Positions 49,697 through 60,272 of a stretch of DNA of 64,000 nucleotides are shown here, in pieces. Origin of the DNA: Azolla caroliniana (Eukaryota > Plantae > Polypodiophyta); the NCBI GenBank assembly GCA_043228905.1, contig JBHGNT010000022.1:6510001-6574000 (forward strand), given 5' to 3'. Position 1 is the first letter of the stretch, and each line of letters starts with the position of its first letter. Below the pieces are notes generated by a model. The model did no database searches, had not been told where the DNA came from, and saw only the letters and a program-made list of their open reading frames with translations. A program made the position numbers and the translations under genes.

Positions 49697-52140
49697 GCGT
49701 GAGGTGGCATATGTCACACAATATATATATATATATATATATCTTGGCAATAGAACTAACTGTCAGGAATGAACATTCTTGGCATGGTCTTTTTCAGACT
49801 ATAAGATGTGGTGGTTAGAAATCACGCAACCATTATTATGAGTCGTGGCGCTAATATTACTAATTCTAAACTAGTACTCTCATAAATAGTAGCTTCTCTA
49901 TTCCCTAGAGATCATGCAATGCTTTATTTCCTTAAAACCTATTCTTTCATCTTCTGTGTCGCCACAAAAATAGAAGCTCCTTCGGGCACAAAGATTTTCT
50001 ACTCTCCATCGTCGTAGCCAAAGCCCTTCGTCACCCTCGCTACAACACTCTGAACTCTCTATTGAAGAAGACATCATGCAGATTACTGTCTCTGATAACC
50101 TTCGACAATGGCTCATCAACAAGGGTCTGCAAGAATACCTAAAAGTAGCCGATTTGGATCCTCATCCACGCGCCACGGAAATCATTCAACGAATCGACGT
50201 TGCCAAAGTCACCAATAAACAGGTACGCCGAGTTTTGAATCTAAAAAGGGAAGGATTTGATGTAGTCCAGAACATGGATAAGGAAATGTTGTGTTCGTAT
50301 TTCGGAGAATATTCTCCATCAACAAAACCCTATCATATGCAAGGGGGGGAAGATGAGTTCTTCCACGAAGTGGCAAGATTTTTATTTGAAGTTGGATTTG
50401 TCAGCCCCAGGTTTTATTGTATATTGAAAAAAATGGCAGGGTTTATAATCACCACTAATGAAGGCGAAATCTTTGATTGGGGATTTTTTATGGTAGAAGC
50501 TCTGCGGGAGCAACTATTGGGGGTGCAAAAAGGCAAGCCGATGAAGTCAATTTTTGCACGGTGGTTGTCGGTGCTCTTTCTGACACGAAGTTCGGAAAAT
50601 CAGCAGGAGGAACAAAGGCCAACAAAGCCACAACCAGCTCTTAGAGTTAGAAGGCAAGTATAATGTGAGGAATGACAAGAAACAAAATCGACACAGGTTG
50701 ATGCCGCTCAACTAGAACCGGACCGACAACAATCGGCGGCCTCACCAGTTCCTGAGCCTGAGCCTGAACATGAGCCTGAGCCTGAACAACCAACTCCCCA
50801 ACCCAACCCAACACCGACCTCACCAGAACCTGAGCAACCGACATGGGCACAACAATGAGTTCTGCTTTCCACAGAACGAGCACGTCGAGTAAAGCAAAGG
50901 GCTCAACGATTTCCGCAGGATCAACAAGAAGAACCAACAAGGAAGAAACAAAGAACTGAGGAGCAACCAACTCAAACGGAGTTTCGTGTAAACCCAAAAG
51001 ACACAAGCCGGATTCAAAAAATAAAATCATCAGTCATGACGATCCAGGAAGCAATAGGGCTTTTTGAAAGACTGCCAGTAGCACATGAGTTGGCATCCAT
51101 ACTCCAATTCTGTAGATCTTACGAATTGGTAGAATGGTTAGCACGAAGATTACAAGAAGTGTCGAAAAGAATGGCATAGGAACATAAGGATCAGATTATG
51201 ATCCAGAAGTCATTGGTAGGCGTTGTCGACCCACAAGAGCAGGAAGAAGTCGATCGGATCGGCCAACAACGCAATGCCAAAAATAAGGGGGAAGCCATAC
51301 AGATGCCTCCCTTGCATGAGGCACTGGTGGAAGTATACAGGGAATATGAACACGCAAGCAGAGCAACCAAACATATGGTTGAATTATATAAGAAAGCAAC
51401 GGCGACATCGGAAATATTAAATGATAAGTGTACAAGAATGCAGGCCAAAAAAGAAGAGTTGTCGGAGAAAATCCGACAGACTGAAGAGACATTGATGAAA
51501 GCCGAAGAAGAACTATTAATACGCCACCAACCAGCCAGGCTCTCCGACTCTGAGCAAGAACTGAACCAAAAATTCCAGGAAGCAGAAGCATCTACTCGAT
51601 CTGCAATAGCCTGGGCAAAGGAAGCCGAAACAAGGGTAAAAAAGATAGAAGAGCGGTTACTTTTGGCCAAAAAAGAAGTTGCCAAATGGCTGGATGCAAA
51701 AGATGCAGCAATACAAAGGCTCAAATGATAGTTAGCGCAATAGTAAGAGGAAAAAAAGGCAAAACGAGGAACAAATACTAGAATTAGAAGAATATGTGGG
51801 TATTCAGGAGGATTATTTTTCTGACCAGATGGCGGAAGCAGAGCTCAAAACCACAGCCGCACAAGAGGCGCATGAAGACGACAAGCGACAATGGGAATTG
51901 AAGAATGCTGAGTTGAAAAATCGTTGTACAGAACTCGAAGATAAATGAAAGGAAAAGACTAGACCTATTGGTCACTGAGGCAAAACTCATGCAAGCGGAA
52001 GGATTGACTACTACACAGTTAACAGATCTACGCAAGCAATTGGCAGAAGCACAATATAGGGTCAGTATGGGTGAAGAAAAAATTAACGCAATACTGAAAT
52101 GCCATAGAATCAAAACTTTGAAGCTAGTATCTGAGTCATT

Positions 52141-52918
52141 TGTTAAGAGTCTATTACTAATCAATAGACCAAAGTAAAGTAAAAGAAGGAAAATAGATTG
52201 GATAGAGGAACCCGTTCCACCTGACCACCCCCGAGCTACGATCTAGACATAGCCAACCTACCACTAACATCCCATACCACCAGATATTAGGATGACTAAT
52301 ACCTTGGAAGAGATAAACACGATCATCGAAACGAAAGCCTAGCCCACACCACCGGTGTCTAAGACAACAGCCTTCCGACATAATCCCTTTATGAGGGTAG
52401 CTAAGCCTCATATTTATACCTTTTCCTAGGCCCCTTGAATAGATGTGCCTTTCTAAAAGGCTCTCCATTCATTGGTTGTCCAAATCATGGTAGTGCATGC
52501 ATCTATCATTCCTTCTATCCAATCATTAGTCCCCTTCTTAACATTAGTGAACATACCCGTCACTAATGTAAATATTAGTGACCTACCCTCACCAACGTTT
52601 TGTGTACATAACATACTCCCCTACTTCAAAAGATTGCACTCTTGCAATATAAAGTGAGGAAATTGTGCCTTAAGAGTATGCTCACATTCCCATGTGGCAT
52701 CATCAATAGGTTTATCCATCCATTTGATCTTGAATAGCTGAATCTCTTTAGAACGTAAACATTTAGTAAGAGAATCAAGAATTCGTTCAGGAACATGAGG
52801 TTTGTAAGAAAAATCCTCTAATGTTAGAAGATCTTGGATTGTGATGGTCTTATCACCAAAGCCTAAAAATGGTTTTAGACGACTGACGTGAAAAACAGGA
52901 TGAATACCAACGTTACGG
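52141..52918 (-). mobile_element. 3' end of a chromovirus (integrase C-terminus, chromodomain, PPT, LTR 52141-52613)
   Basis: Manual translation of 52918-52621 gives IHPVFHVSRLKPF...PERILD...FKIKWMDKPIDDATWE...FPHF. AAGTAGGGGAG PPT, then TGTTATG...CTTAACA. Confidence 0.85.
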
Positions 52919-54190
52919 TGTCGTGCCTTTCGGCGCCAGATCGTTGTGTGAGTCGGGTGGGAACCACTGGGCTTTTGGACTAGGAAGAGGAAGAATTTGA
53001 GACAAGTTTATAGTTATGGATAGATTATTAGAAAGAGAGATAGAAATCTCGTGAATCCCACGAGTGTACTGTATTCGATTAATCAATATTTAGATAAGAA
53101 TATGAATTAAGATTGAAAGAAAGAGATTAAAAAGAACTTGTGAATCCCACAAGTATAGATTATTTCGTGAATCCCACGCATATATAAATTGGTGTCTTTT
53201 AGAGATATATCCAATTTCCAAATATTTCACACCTATTACATTGTGCTCCTCATCCTTATATAGTGATGAGAGAGTCTTAACAATCCATGCTTTTTCTATA
53301 GATAGACTCTATGTTTTTTCTAAAGTGTTCATGCACACTAAATGTGCATGAGTTGCTTTTTACACTATGCTTTTATTTCCTAAATATAGAGCTCATGCTC
53401 GCTAGATGTGCACGAGTAATATTTTATTGGTTTACATTTTTCTTATAAATAAAGTATTCACTCACTCTAAAAATGCATGACTTACCTTTTTAATAAAGGT
53501 AGGCGTAAATAAAGGTCTTATAGGTATTAAATCTATATTTAGAACACTAAGGATAAGTTAATACAATGGTAAGTTTGGGGTTTGTTTACGTGGAGGTATA
53601 GGGTTTGAATCCTGCCCTATGCATGTAATAAATATTTTTTTAATATTTTATTTTATTTATTATACGTACTTTAAATCGGATATAGTATTTTACATATTTC
53701 ACGTAGTGTGTGATTCACACTACGACACTCGCCCCCTCCGAACCCGCACATCCTCCGGTATGTGTCGAAGCTGTCGGTGATTGTTAGTCTCGTCCATTCA
53801 GTCCCCGCCCGGTTGGTTTTGTCGTCGGTCGTGCTTGGTTGTCGGCTCCGCCTGGTTTCCGGTTTTCAGTTGCTTGCTCCACCCGGTTACTGGTTGCCGG
53901 CTCTCGTATTTCTCGATGTCAACTTTGTCTCTCCATTTTGAGCACATCCATTCTTTCCACCCGAACCATTGTCGCCATCCGATCCACCATATTCTTTGTT
54001 CTCTCTTTGCATTGCCATGGCCGGTTGTCATGGCTCCTTGTGATCCTTTTGAGCATAACCCTTCTTGTCTTGTGCATGTGCAATGCTTCTCACTTTGTTC
54101 ACCTTTGTCGTATAATCTCATGTTAGAGTTGATAATCTTCATGTTAGAGCTCACAACATGTTCGCGTTCACAAGTGGAAGGATCGCGCAC
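52919..54190 (-). mobile_element. Element K: 3' LTR (52919-53727), PPT and 3' internal fragment of an I/J-family element
   Basis: LTR aligns with J. CTCGCCCCCTCC follows, then sequence shared with 47301-47480. The right boundary is approximate. Confidence 0.8.
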
Positions 54191-55030
54191 AAGTGGAAGG
54201 ATAAGGAATATTTTGTTTGATTTTGGGGTTTTTTTTTTGCCATTTCACAAAACATCTTGATACTAGTATCACATGTTCTCCAAAACTTGATGAAAAAGTT
54301 AAAAATTTCACCATTTGGTAAAATTGAAAAATGTCAAATTTGGGTCAAATACGAAAAGTAACTTTGTGGATTTTTAAAGAAAAATGACAACTAATAAGTT
54401 TTTAGATCTTAAAGAAATCAAAAGTAGAAGATTTCAAAGCAATGAACGTTTTTATTCCATTCGATAAAATGTTGTCTAAATTTGTTACATATAGTTGCAC
54501 AACAAATACATTTTGGGAGTTATTTGCATGACTATCATCATTCTTTTCATGAGAATAACTACTATAGATAATTTACAATTGTGACTCTTTCTCCTCATCT
54601 TCCAATGTACCAATCAAATCATTGTCTTCACCAAATGGTATCTCCAAATTGTGTGCAATAAATCTTCTTCACCTTCAATCTAAGATATCTTCTCGACTTG
54701 CTAATATCTCTTTTATTATGTATATCGTTGTTGTCCTTAAACATCCAACTTTTGTCTGTGTAAAGTCATACATAATGATATCCACCTCATTAATGTCAAT
54801 GATAGATGTATTACAAAGGTTTAATGCATCATCACGTCCAAAACTTTACCAATGCAGAATTGGTACCCTAGGTCATGGCCATCTACATGTGTAGCTATTA
54901 ATATCCCCACCTTGAGTTCTTGCAAGTTTCCTTCTCACCTGAGTTATGCTTGTGTTGTCATCCTTCGTTCCAACTATAAAGATCAACATTAAGTAGTGAT
55001 TGAGAACCACGCGAACACTTTATGGACCGT

Positions 55031-56413
55031 GTAAATGGCATTTGCAATGTTCAATTACCATCAACACAATTATTAATAGTTTTTTGTTAATAAATGATGC
55101 ACATGTTCACCATAAAGTATCTTATTGTACAACATACTTTTTGCACTATCAATATGCATCTTTTTCTCTTGTAAAAACAAAGATTTTAGTACGATTCAAG
55201 GTCATGTTTAAAAAACCTCTTTTATTTGAAAACCAACAAAATTTTAAACATTAACTTGATATGTTGTATCGAGTTGATGTAAAAAATAGAGTTTTCATCA
55301 TAATTCCATACAATGTATTGAATTCTTGCTCAAAGTATTTTTTACCGAATTTAAATAATAATAATAATAATAAATTAAGCTTGAGATGATAGAAAAACCA
55401 AAATTTTCATCACAATTCGATACAATGTATCAAGTTCATGTTTAAAGTAATTTTTTCAATTTTTTTGTTTTTCTTTATTTTTTATGGAAAAAATAATAAT
55501 TTTAAACATGAATGCGATACATTGTATCGACTTGTGATAAAAACTCTGGTTTTTTCATCACTTATTAAAGCTCAATTTTTAAATAAAAAAAAACAAAATA
55601 CCAAAATAAAATAGAAAAAAATGTAATTATTTAAAAAGAAAAATCCAAAATAAAACTTTAAACATGAACTCGATACGGCGTATTGAGTTCATGTTTAAAA
55701 CTTTGTTTTTTTTACATGAACTCTATACGATGTATCGAGTTCGTGTTGAAAATGTTTAGACACGAACTCGATACAATGTATCGAGTTCATGTTTAAAGTT
55801 TTTGATCAGGTTTTTAAAAAAATAAATTGCATTTTTTTCTATTTATTTTGGTATTTTGTGTTTTTTTTTGGAATTTTTTTTGTGCTTTAATAAGTGATGA
55901 AAAAACCAGACTTTTTACCACAAGTCGATGCAATGTATCGAATTCATGTTTAAAATTATTATTTTTTCCATAAAAAATAAAAATAAATCAAATAAATTGA
56001 AAAAAATCAATTTGTTTTTTGAAAAAACATAAAAAAAAATTGAAACAAATTAGAAAAAATTACTTTAAACATGAACTCGATACATTGTATCGAATTGTGA
56101 TGAAAAATATGGTTTTTCTATTATCTCAAGCTTAATTTATTATTATTATTATTTTTTAAATCCGGTAAAAAAACTTTGAACATGAATTCAATATATTGTA
56201 TGAAATTATGATGAAAACTCTATATTTTACATCAACTCAATATAACATATCGTGTTCATGTTTAAAACTCTTGTTATTTTTCAAATAAAAGAGGTTTTTT
56301 AAAGATGTATGTTGAACAACAAGATACTTTATGGCAAACATGTGCTTCATTTATTAGAAAAAAACCATTAATAATTGTATTGATGGTAATTGAACTTCGC
56401 AAATGCCATTTAC
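55031..56413. repeat. ~1.4-kb foldback (long imperfect inverted repeat), MULE/FB-like non-autonomous element
   Basis: GTAAATGGCATTTGC at 55031 mirrors GCAAATGCCATTTAC ending at 56413. Arms are collinear to a centre at ~55720-55780. Repeated CATGAACTCGATACATTGTATCGAGTTCATG-like palindromes. Confidence 0.85.
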
Positions 56414-56676
56414 TTCACAAATTTTGTAGGGGAATTCTTTAAAGGAAGAAGAGGATAACATTGTAGATACCCTGATAACTATGTGTTATGTTCAAATTGA
56501 TATATTAATGTTCACATCTAAAGTTTGACAGTTTATGAATATCGTTTACATTTTAGGAGTTGTGGATTTATCAAAATTGTTTATGAATATTGTCTACATT
56601 TCTTGAGTTGTGAATTTATGGATGTTAATGAGCACTAATTTATAGATGATGACATTAAGGATTGCAATGTTACCAT

Positions 56677-56789
56677 TGTTACCGGCCAGCAAAGTAGTCC
56701 AGAGTGTGAAACGGAGGAGTGATTTAATTATTAGGAAAGGTTGTAAGTAAGCTATTAGTGTGGACGGACGGACCGGAATCGGTATGCCG
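56677..56789 (+). repeat. Fragment of a diverged G-family LTR into which G inserted
   Basis: TGTTACCGGCCAGC...GTGTGGACGGACGGAC...GGTATGCCG resembles 33602-33703. Confidence 0.75.
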
Positions 56790-57210
56790 TGTTATTCTCT
56801 TACCGGACAAGGCCTAACACAAGGTGTCACGGAGACACTTCACCAAAGGGTGGTTACGGCATAGGATTATGACTCAACAATTACACCGACCTAAGTAGGT
56901 TACACGATTAGAGCGCTTTTGTTAATTACACGCGTAAGATATAACAGTAAGTACAAAACGGAAATCAACACAGAAGTATAAACACCATACGCTCTATTAA
57001 TTATCCGCTGCGATTACAATGGGGTTCGGGCCTTTAAATAGGTTTCCGGCCCGTAGTACAAAACGGTGCCTATCGCACTTATTCGGGATCCGTCCGGATC
57101 TGGAACGGCATACCATTTCCAGTCCGTCCGTCCACACTATGCTTATTTACAACCATACTTAATTAATTCCTTCACTCCGTATTTTGGACTCCTTGCCGGC
57201 CGGTAACACA

Positions 57211-57227
57211 TGGCACGCCCGTGGGAC
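57211..57227 (+). promoter_or_regulatory. tRNA-Arg(UCU)-type primer-binding site, antisense to G pol
   Basis: TGGCACGCCCGTGGGAC lies 2 nt from the LTR end. Its 16-mer core is identical to the PBS of element B. It differs from the remembered plant tRNA-Arg complement TGGCACGCCCAGTGGGA by a 1-nt gap. Confidence 0.7.
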
Positions 57228-57260
57228 AGTACCTTGTACGTCGAACCCTTCTCGGCCCCT

Positions 57261-58823
57261 TCATTGTTCACCCAAATTGTCCAAAATACTTTGTTCCAGA
57301 GTTTCCACTTGTTCTTCCGGTTGTGGTTGGGACTGAGACTGCTCCGGCTGCTCTATAGGCGGCTGCTCCGTTTGTTTCTCTGACTCCGGCATCTCCGTTT
57401 GACTGCTTCCGGTCCGGTCTCCTTCCAGTAACGGTTCCTCATCACTGAGGTTGACCGTAACCGGTTCTCGTGCTTTCTCTTCCCGGATCCGGGACCTCTC
57501 GTAGCTTTCAAACTGGATCTGCGCCTCCAGCCTGTCGTCGTCCAGCTGAGCTACAAGTTGCCGGACTTGCTCTAGTTGGTCCTCTGCCAAGGCTTGAAAG
57601 TCTTCGGCCAGGTCATCTCTTATGCCGGTGAAGTCTTCGGAAGTCAGCATATAGCAATCATCTCCCTCCTTCCGCCGGTTCTCTACGTCGGCCCGGAGCA
57701 ATTGGAGTTCCGCCGCGTTCGTGGCCCACTTGGTCCACCATTTGACGGAACCGTTGTCAATCAAGCTCTTGGTCTGGTTCAACCAGGCCCGCATGATATC
57801 CTGGATGCGACTTGCTCCCATTTGCGCTCTACTTTCCACAACTTGTCGTTCCTCCTTCAACTGCTTGATGAGATTAGCCGTATCCTCCGCCTGCTCTCTG
57901 TAGCGCGTCAGCTGCCCTTGATATGTTGTTTGCAGCCTCTGCAGTACCTCCGCCGCTCTTTCTTTTTCCGCCTGCTGTTGCCTGAGGAGCTCTGTCCGAA
58001 CCTTCTCCGCCTCTTCCAACCGTCTTCTGGTTTCCGCTTGTTCATTAGCGTATGCCGTTGCGGTCCGATCAACTGCTTGCCGGAGCTCATCCGTCCGTTC
58101 CTTGTGCTCCGTTTGCAACCGTTTATACTCCCGGTGCAAGTGCTCAAGTTCCTCCGTTTTTTGTTTGAGCTTGCCGTTGATCTGGCGATGGTTCCGGTCC
58201 TCCCAGTCCTTTACCTGCCGGAGTTCCTCTTTCAGGCGCTCTACTTCTGTTTCAGCGTTTCTCCGGAGCCTGTCCTTCTCTTGCAGTATTTTCTCCTTCT
58301 CCTCCTTGAGCCGGTCATACGCTTGGTGGCCTTTTCGTAAGCTCTCCTTGGCCCAGCGTAGCTTCTCAGCAGTCTTTTTGAGTTCTGCCTCCGCTGCCGT
58401 CTTCAACTCTCTTTCACGGCTCCTCAGCGCTTCTTGGGCAGCTAGCTCATCCTTTAAGTCCGCAAGCTCTTGGGCTTGTGCTACATTTCTCTCCGGAACG
58501 GTTTCCGTTGCCGGGGTCTGATTGCTATGTACAGGTTGATCTGACGCTTTATTTTGTACATTGCCCGGAGTCACCGGTGCTTGGACTTGTGTTGTCAAAG
58601 CCAATTGAGCCATTTCCCTTGTGACCCTGTCCAAGTCTTGTTCAAGGCTCCGGATTCTGGACCAGGCCGTCTCTAGATCTACGGTTGTGACGAGCAACCG
58701 TTCGTGGTGCGCTCTCTCCTCCGCCTCTATGTACTCGACCGCTCCGGCGATCTGCTCGCCTACCCACCGTAGCCACATGCTACTGGTGCCTTGCTGCTGT
58801 ACTGGTCGGGTCGGCTCGTTCAC
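57261..58823 (-). CDS. Coiled-coil protein, extra ORF of element G
   Basis: Open 520 aa, heptad-like E/K/R/Q/L composition, acidic tail. Confidence 0.7.
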   Translation of the reverse strand: MNEPTRPVQQQGTSSMWLRWVGEQIAGAVEYIEAEERAHHERLLVTTVDLETAWSRIRSLEQDLDRVTREMAQLALTTQVQAPVTPGNVQNKASDQPVHSNQTPATETVPERNVAQAQELADLKDELAAQEALRSRERELKTAAEAELKKTAEKLRWAKESLRKGHQAYDRLKEEKEKILQEKDRLRRNAETEVERLKEELRQVKDWEDRNHRQINGKLKQKTEELEHLHREYKRLQTEHKERTDELRQAVDRTATAYANEQAETRRRLEEAEKVRTELLRQQQAEKERAAEVLQRLQTTYQGQLTRYREQAEDTANLIKQLKEERQVVESRAQMGASRIQDIMRAWLNQTKSLIDNGSVKWWTKWATNAAELQLLRADVENRRKEGDDCYMLTSEDFTGIRDDLAEDFQALAEDQLEQVRQLVAQLDDDRLEAQIQFESYERSRIREEKAREPVTVNLSDEEPLLEGDRTGSSQTEMPESEKQTEQPPIEQPEQSQSQPQPEEQVETLEQSILDNLGEQ

Positions 58824-58907
58824 TGTGGAATTGTCTGGCCTGAGTGCCTGTATCTGCCGTTCTGGTTCTACTCCTTGGCCGCTGTGTGTGCTGGCTGGGC
58901 TCGCCGG

Positions 58908-60185
58908 CTATTGAGTTCCGGTTCTCGCCGTCTCCGGAGCCGTTGGAATGACTTCTTGTATAGAAGTCGACAAGGCCGGTTCTATACGCACCGGTTCCGG
59001 TTCCTCCCTTGCAGTTTGCTCAAGTTGAGTTGGGGGCGTTTCTTCCTTTTGCGGGTCCGAACGCTCCCCCGCTGTCACGACGGTCCTACTTCTTGACCGT
59101 CGTTGGAGGTGCTCTACTGGCTCCTCCGTTTCCTCTTCCTGGGTAACGACATGTGCCGTCAAGGGTTCCGGTTCCTTCTGTCCCGGTCGCCGTATGGTTA
59201 TCTTAACGGGTAGGACCGGTGACACCTCCTCCGGTTTTGGGAGCCGTTTCTTCCCTTTCGTCGCCTTCGACGCCAGCAGCTGTTGTCGTTTGGACGCGGG
59301 CTTCGAGGTGCTTCCTTCCGATAATCTTGGCCGCTTCTTTGGCTGAACGGTCTCGACCGGCGGCACGAGCAATGTTATCCACTGAGCTACGGCATGCCAC
59401 AGCTTCCGGCCCTCCTTGCCGTCCTTCCCTCGTACCATGTCGATTGCCGCGCACAAACCGTCTGCAATCAACACCGGCCAGTCCACCTTGATCCCTTCAT
59501 AGGTGGCTATGATCATCCCTGCCCGATTTTTTGGCATGACAGGGGGTCGGGGGTACACGTGGCCGTACTCATGGAGCACTCGAGCTATCTCCCTGAATAG
59601 CGGATCTTCGCCGCCTTGCGTTCGATAGCCTTTGCCGGCTAGAGAGTACTCACCGAAATATCGGATGAGTTGCTCCGAGGTTGGGTTATCGATCTGAAAG
59701 ATACCTCCCTCCGGAAGGCCTGTTAGCGCACGGATCGCTTCCTCGGTGATGACTTCTGTGTCGAGCTCCTTGATGACCCGGTCGGCTTCTTTGTGCGGTG
59801 GTGCCTCCATGATGGTCAAGAACCCATCCAGTCCGTGTTGCCTGAGCCATTTCCTGGCCGCTTCCGACAGCGTTTGTGGGTCCATGTCTGCTTCGAGGTC
59901 GAGGAAAAATGGCGAGGTAGAGTGGTGATGAGGGTGAGAGCGAGAGAGAGAGAGTTCCGAACGTGGGGGTTCTCTGAGTGCAAGTTCGCGTTTGCTAAGC
60001 TTCCACTGCCTTGGTGCTTCTGTGCTTCTTGGCTCGCGAAATGAAAAGGTCTCCATGCGTTCTGCTTTTTCTCTGTGCGTCTTGGCGCCTTTTCCGAGCA
60101 TGCACACGTCGTGTACCATTTTAGTATTAAGTAGCGTGGCGGCTCTTAAATGCCCACTTCGTACCTTTTCGCTCCTTGCTTTCAC
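58908..60185 (-). CDS. Extra ORF of element G (plant-transposon accessory protein-like; probable start MDPQT at ~59885)
   Basis: WLRQHGLDGFL, ITEEAIRALTGLP, YFGEYS and EGIKVDW are paralleled in ORF 50076-50663. Confidence 0.7.
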   Translation of the reverse strand: MKARSEKVRSGHLRAATLLNTKMVHDVCMLGKGAKTHREKAERMETFSFREPRSTEAPRQWKLSKRELALREPPRSELSLSRSHPHHHSTSPFFLDLEADMDPQTLSEAARKWLRQHGLDGFLTIMEAPPHKEADRVIKELDTEVITEEAIRALTGLPEGGIFQIDNPTSEQLIRYFGEYSLAGKGYRTQGGEDPLFREIARVLHEYGHVYPRPPVMPKNRAGMIIATYEGIKVDWPVLIADGLCAAIDMVRGKDGKEGRKLWHAVAQWITLLVPPVETVQPKKRPRLSEGSTSKPASKRQQLLASKATKGKKRLPKPEEVSPVLPVKITIRRPGQKEPEPLTAHVVTQEEETEEPVEHLQRRSRSRTVVTAGERSDPQKEETPPTQLEQTAREEPEPVRIEPALSTSIQEVIPTAPETARTGTQ

Positions 60186-60272
60186 GTCCGTTCATACCTC
60201 GATTTTTAATGATTTTTTTTTATTTTATTATTTTATTATTATTATTATTATTATAAATGACGGTATGTGATC

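Larger units (their letters stand above)
45640..52140 (+). mobile_element. Degraded G-like Gypsy 3' half (integrase and extra ORF), interrupted by J and a chromovirus
   Basis: [30 protein letters not shown] at 45640-46500. ORF 50076-50663 is homologous to G ORF 58908-60185. Coiled-coil ORF at 51198-51728. Confidence 0.8.

Noticed and set aside
55250-56260. CRISPR-like array of palindromic repeats
   Set aside because: Spacing is irregular, the spacers mirror each other across the foldback, the context is eukaryotic and there are no cas genes.
57261-58823. env gene or host SMC/myosin gene
   Set aside because: No signal peptide or transmembrane segment and no ATPase motifs; it lies inside the element.
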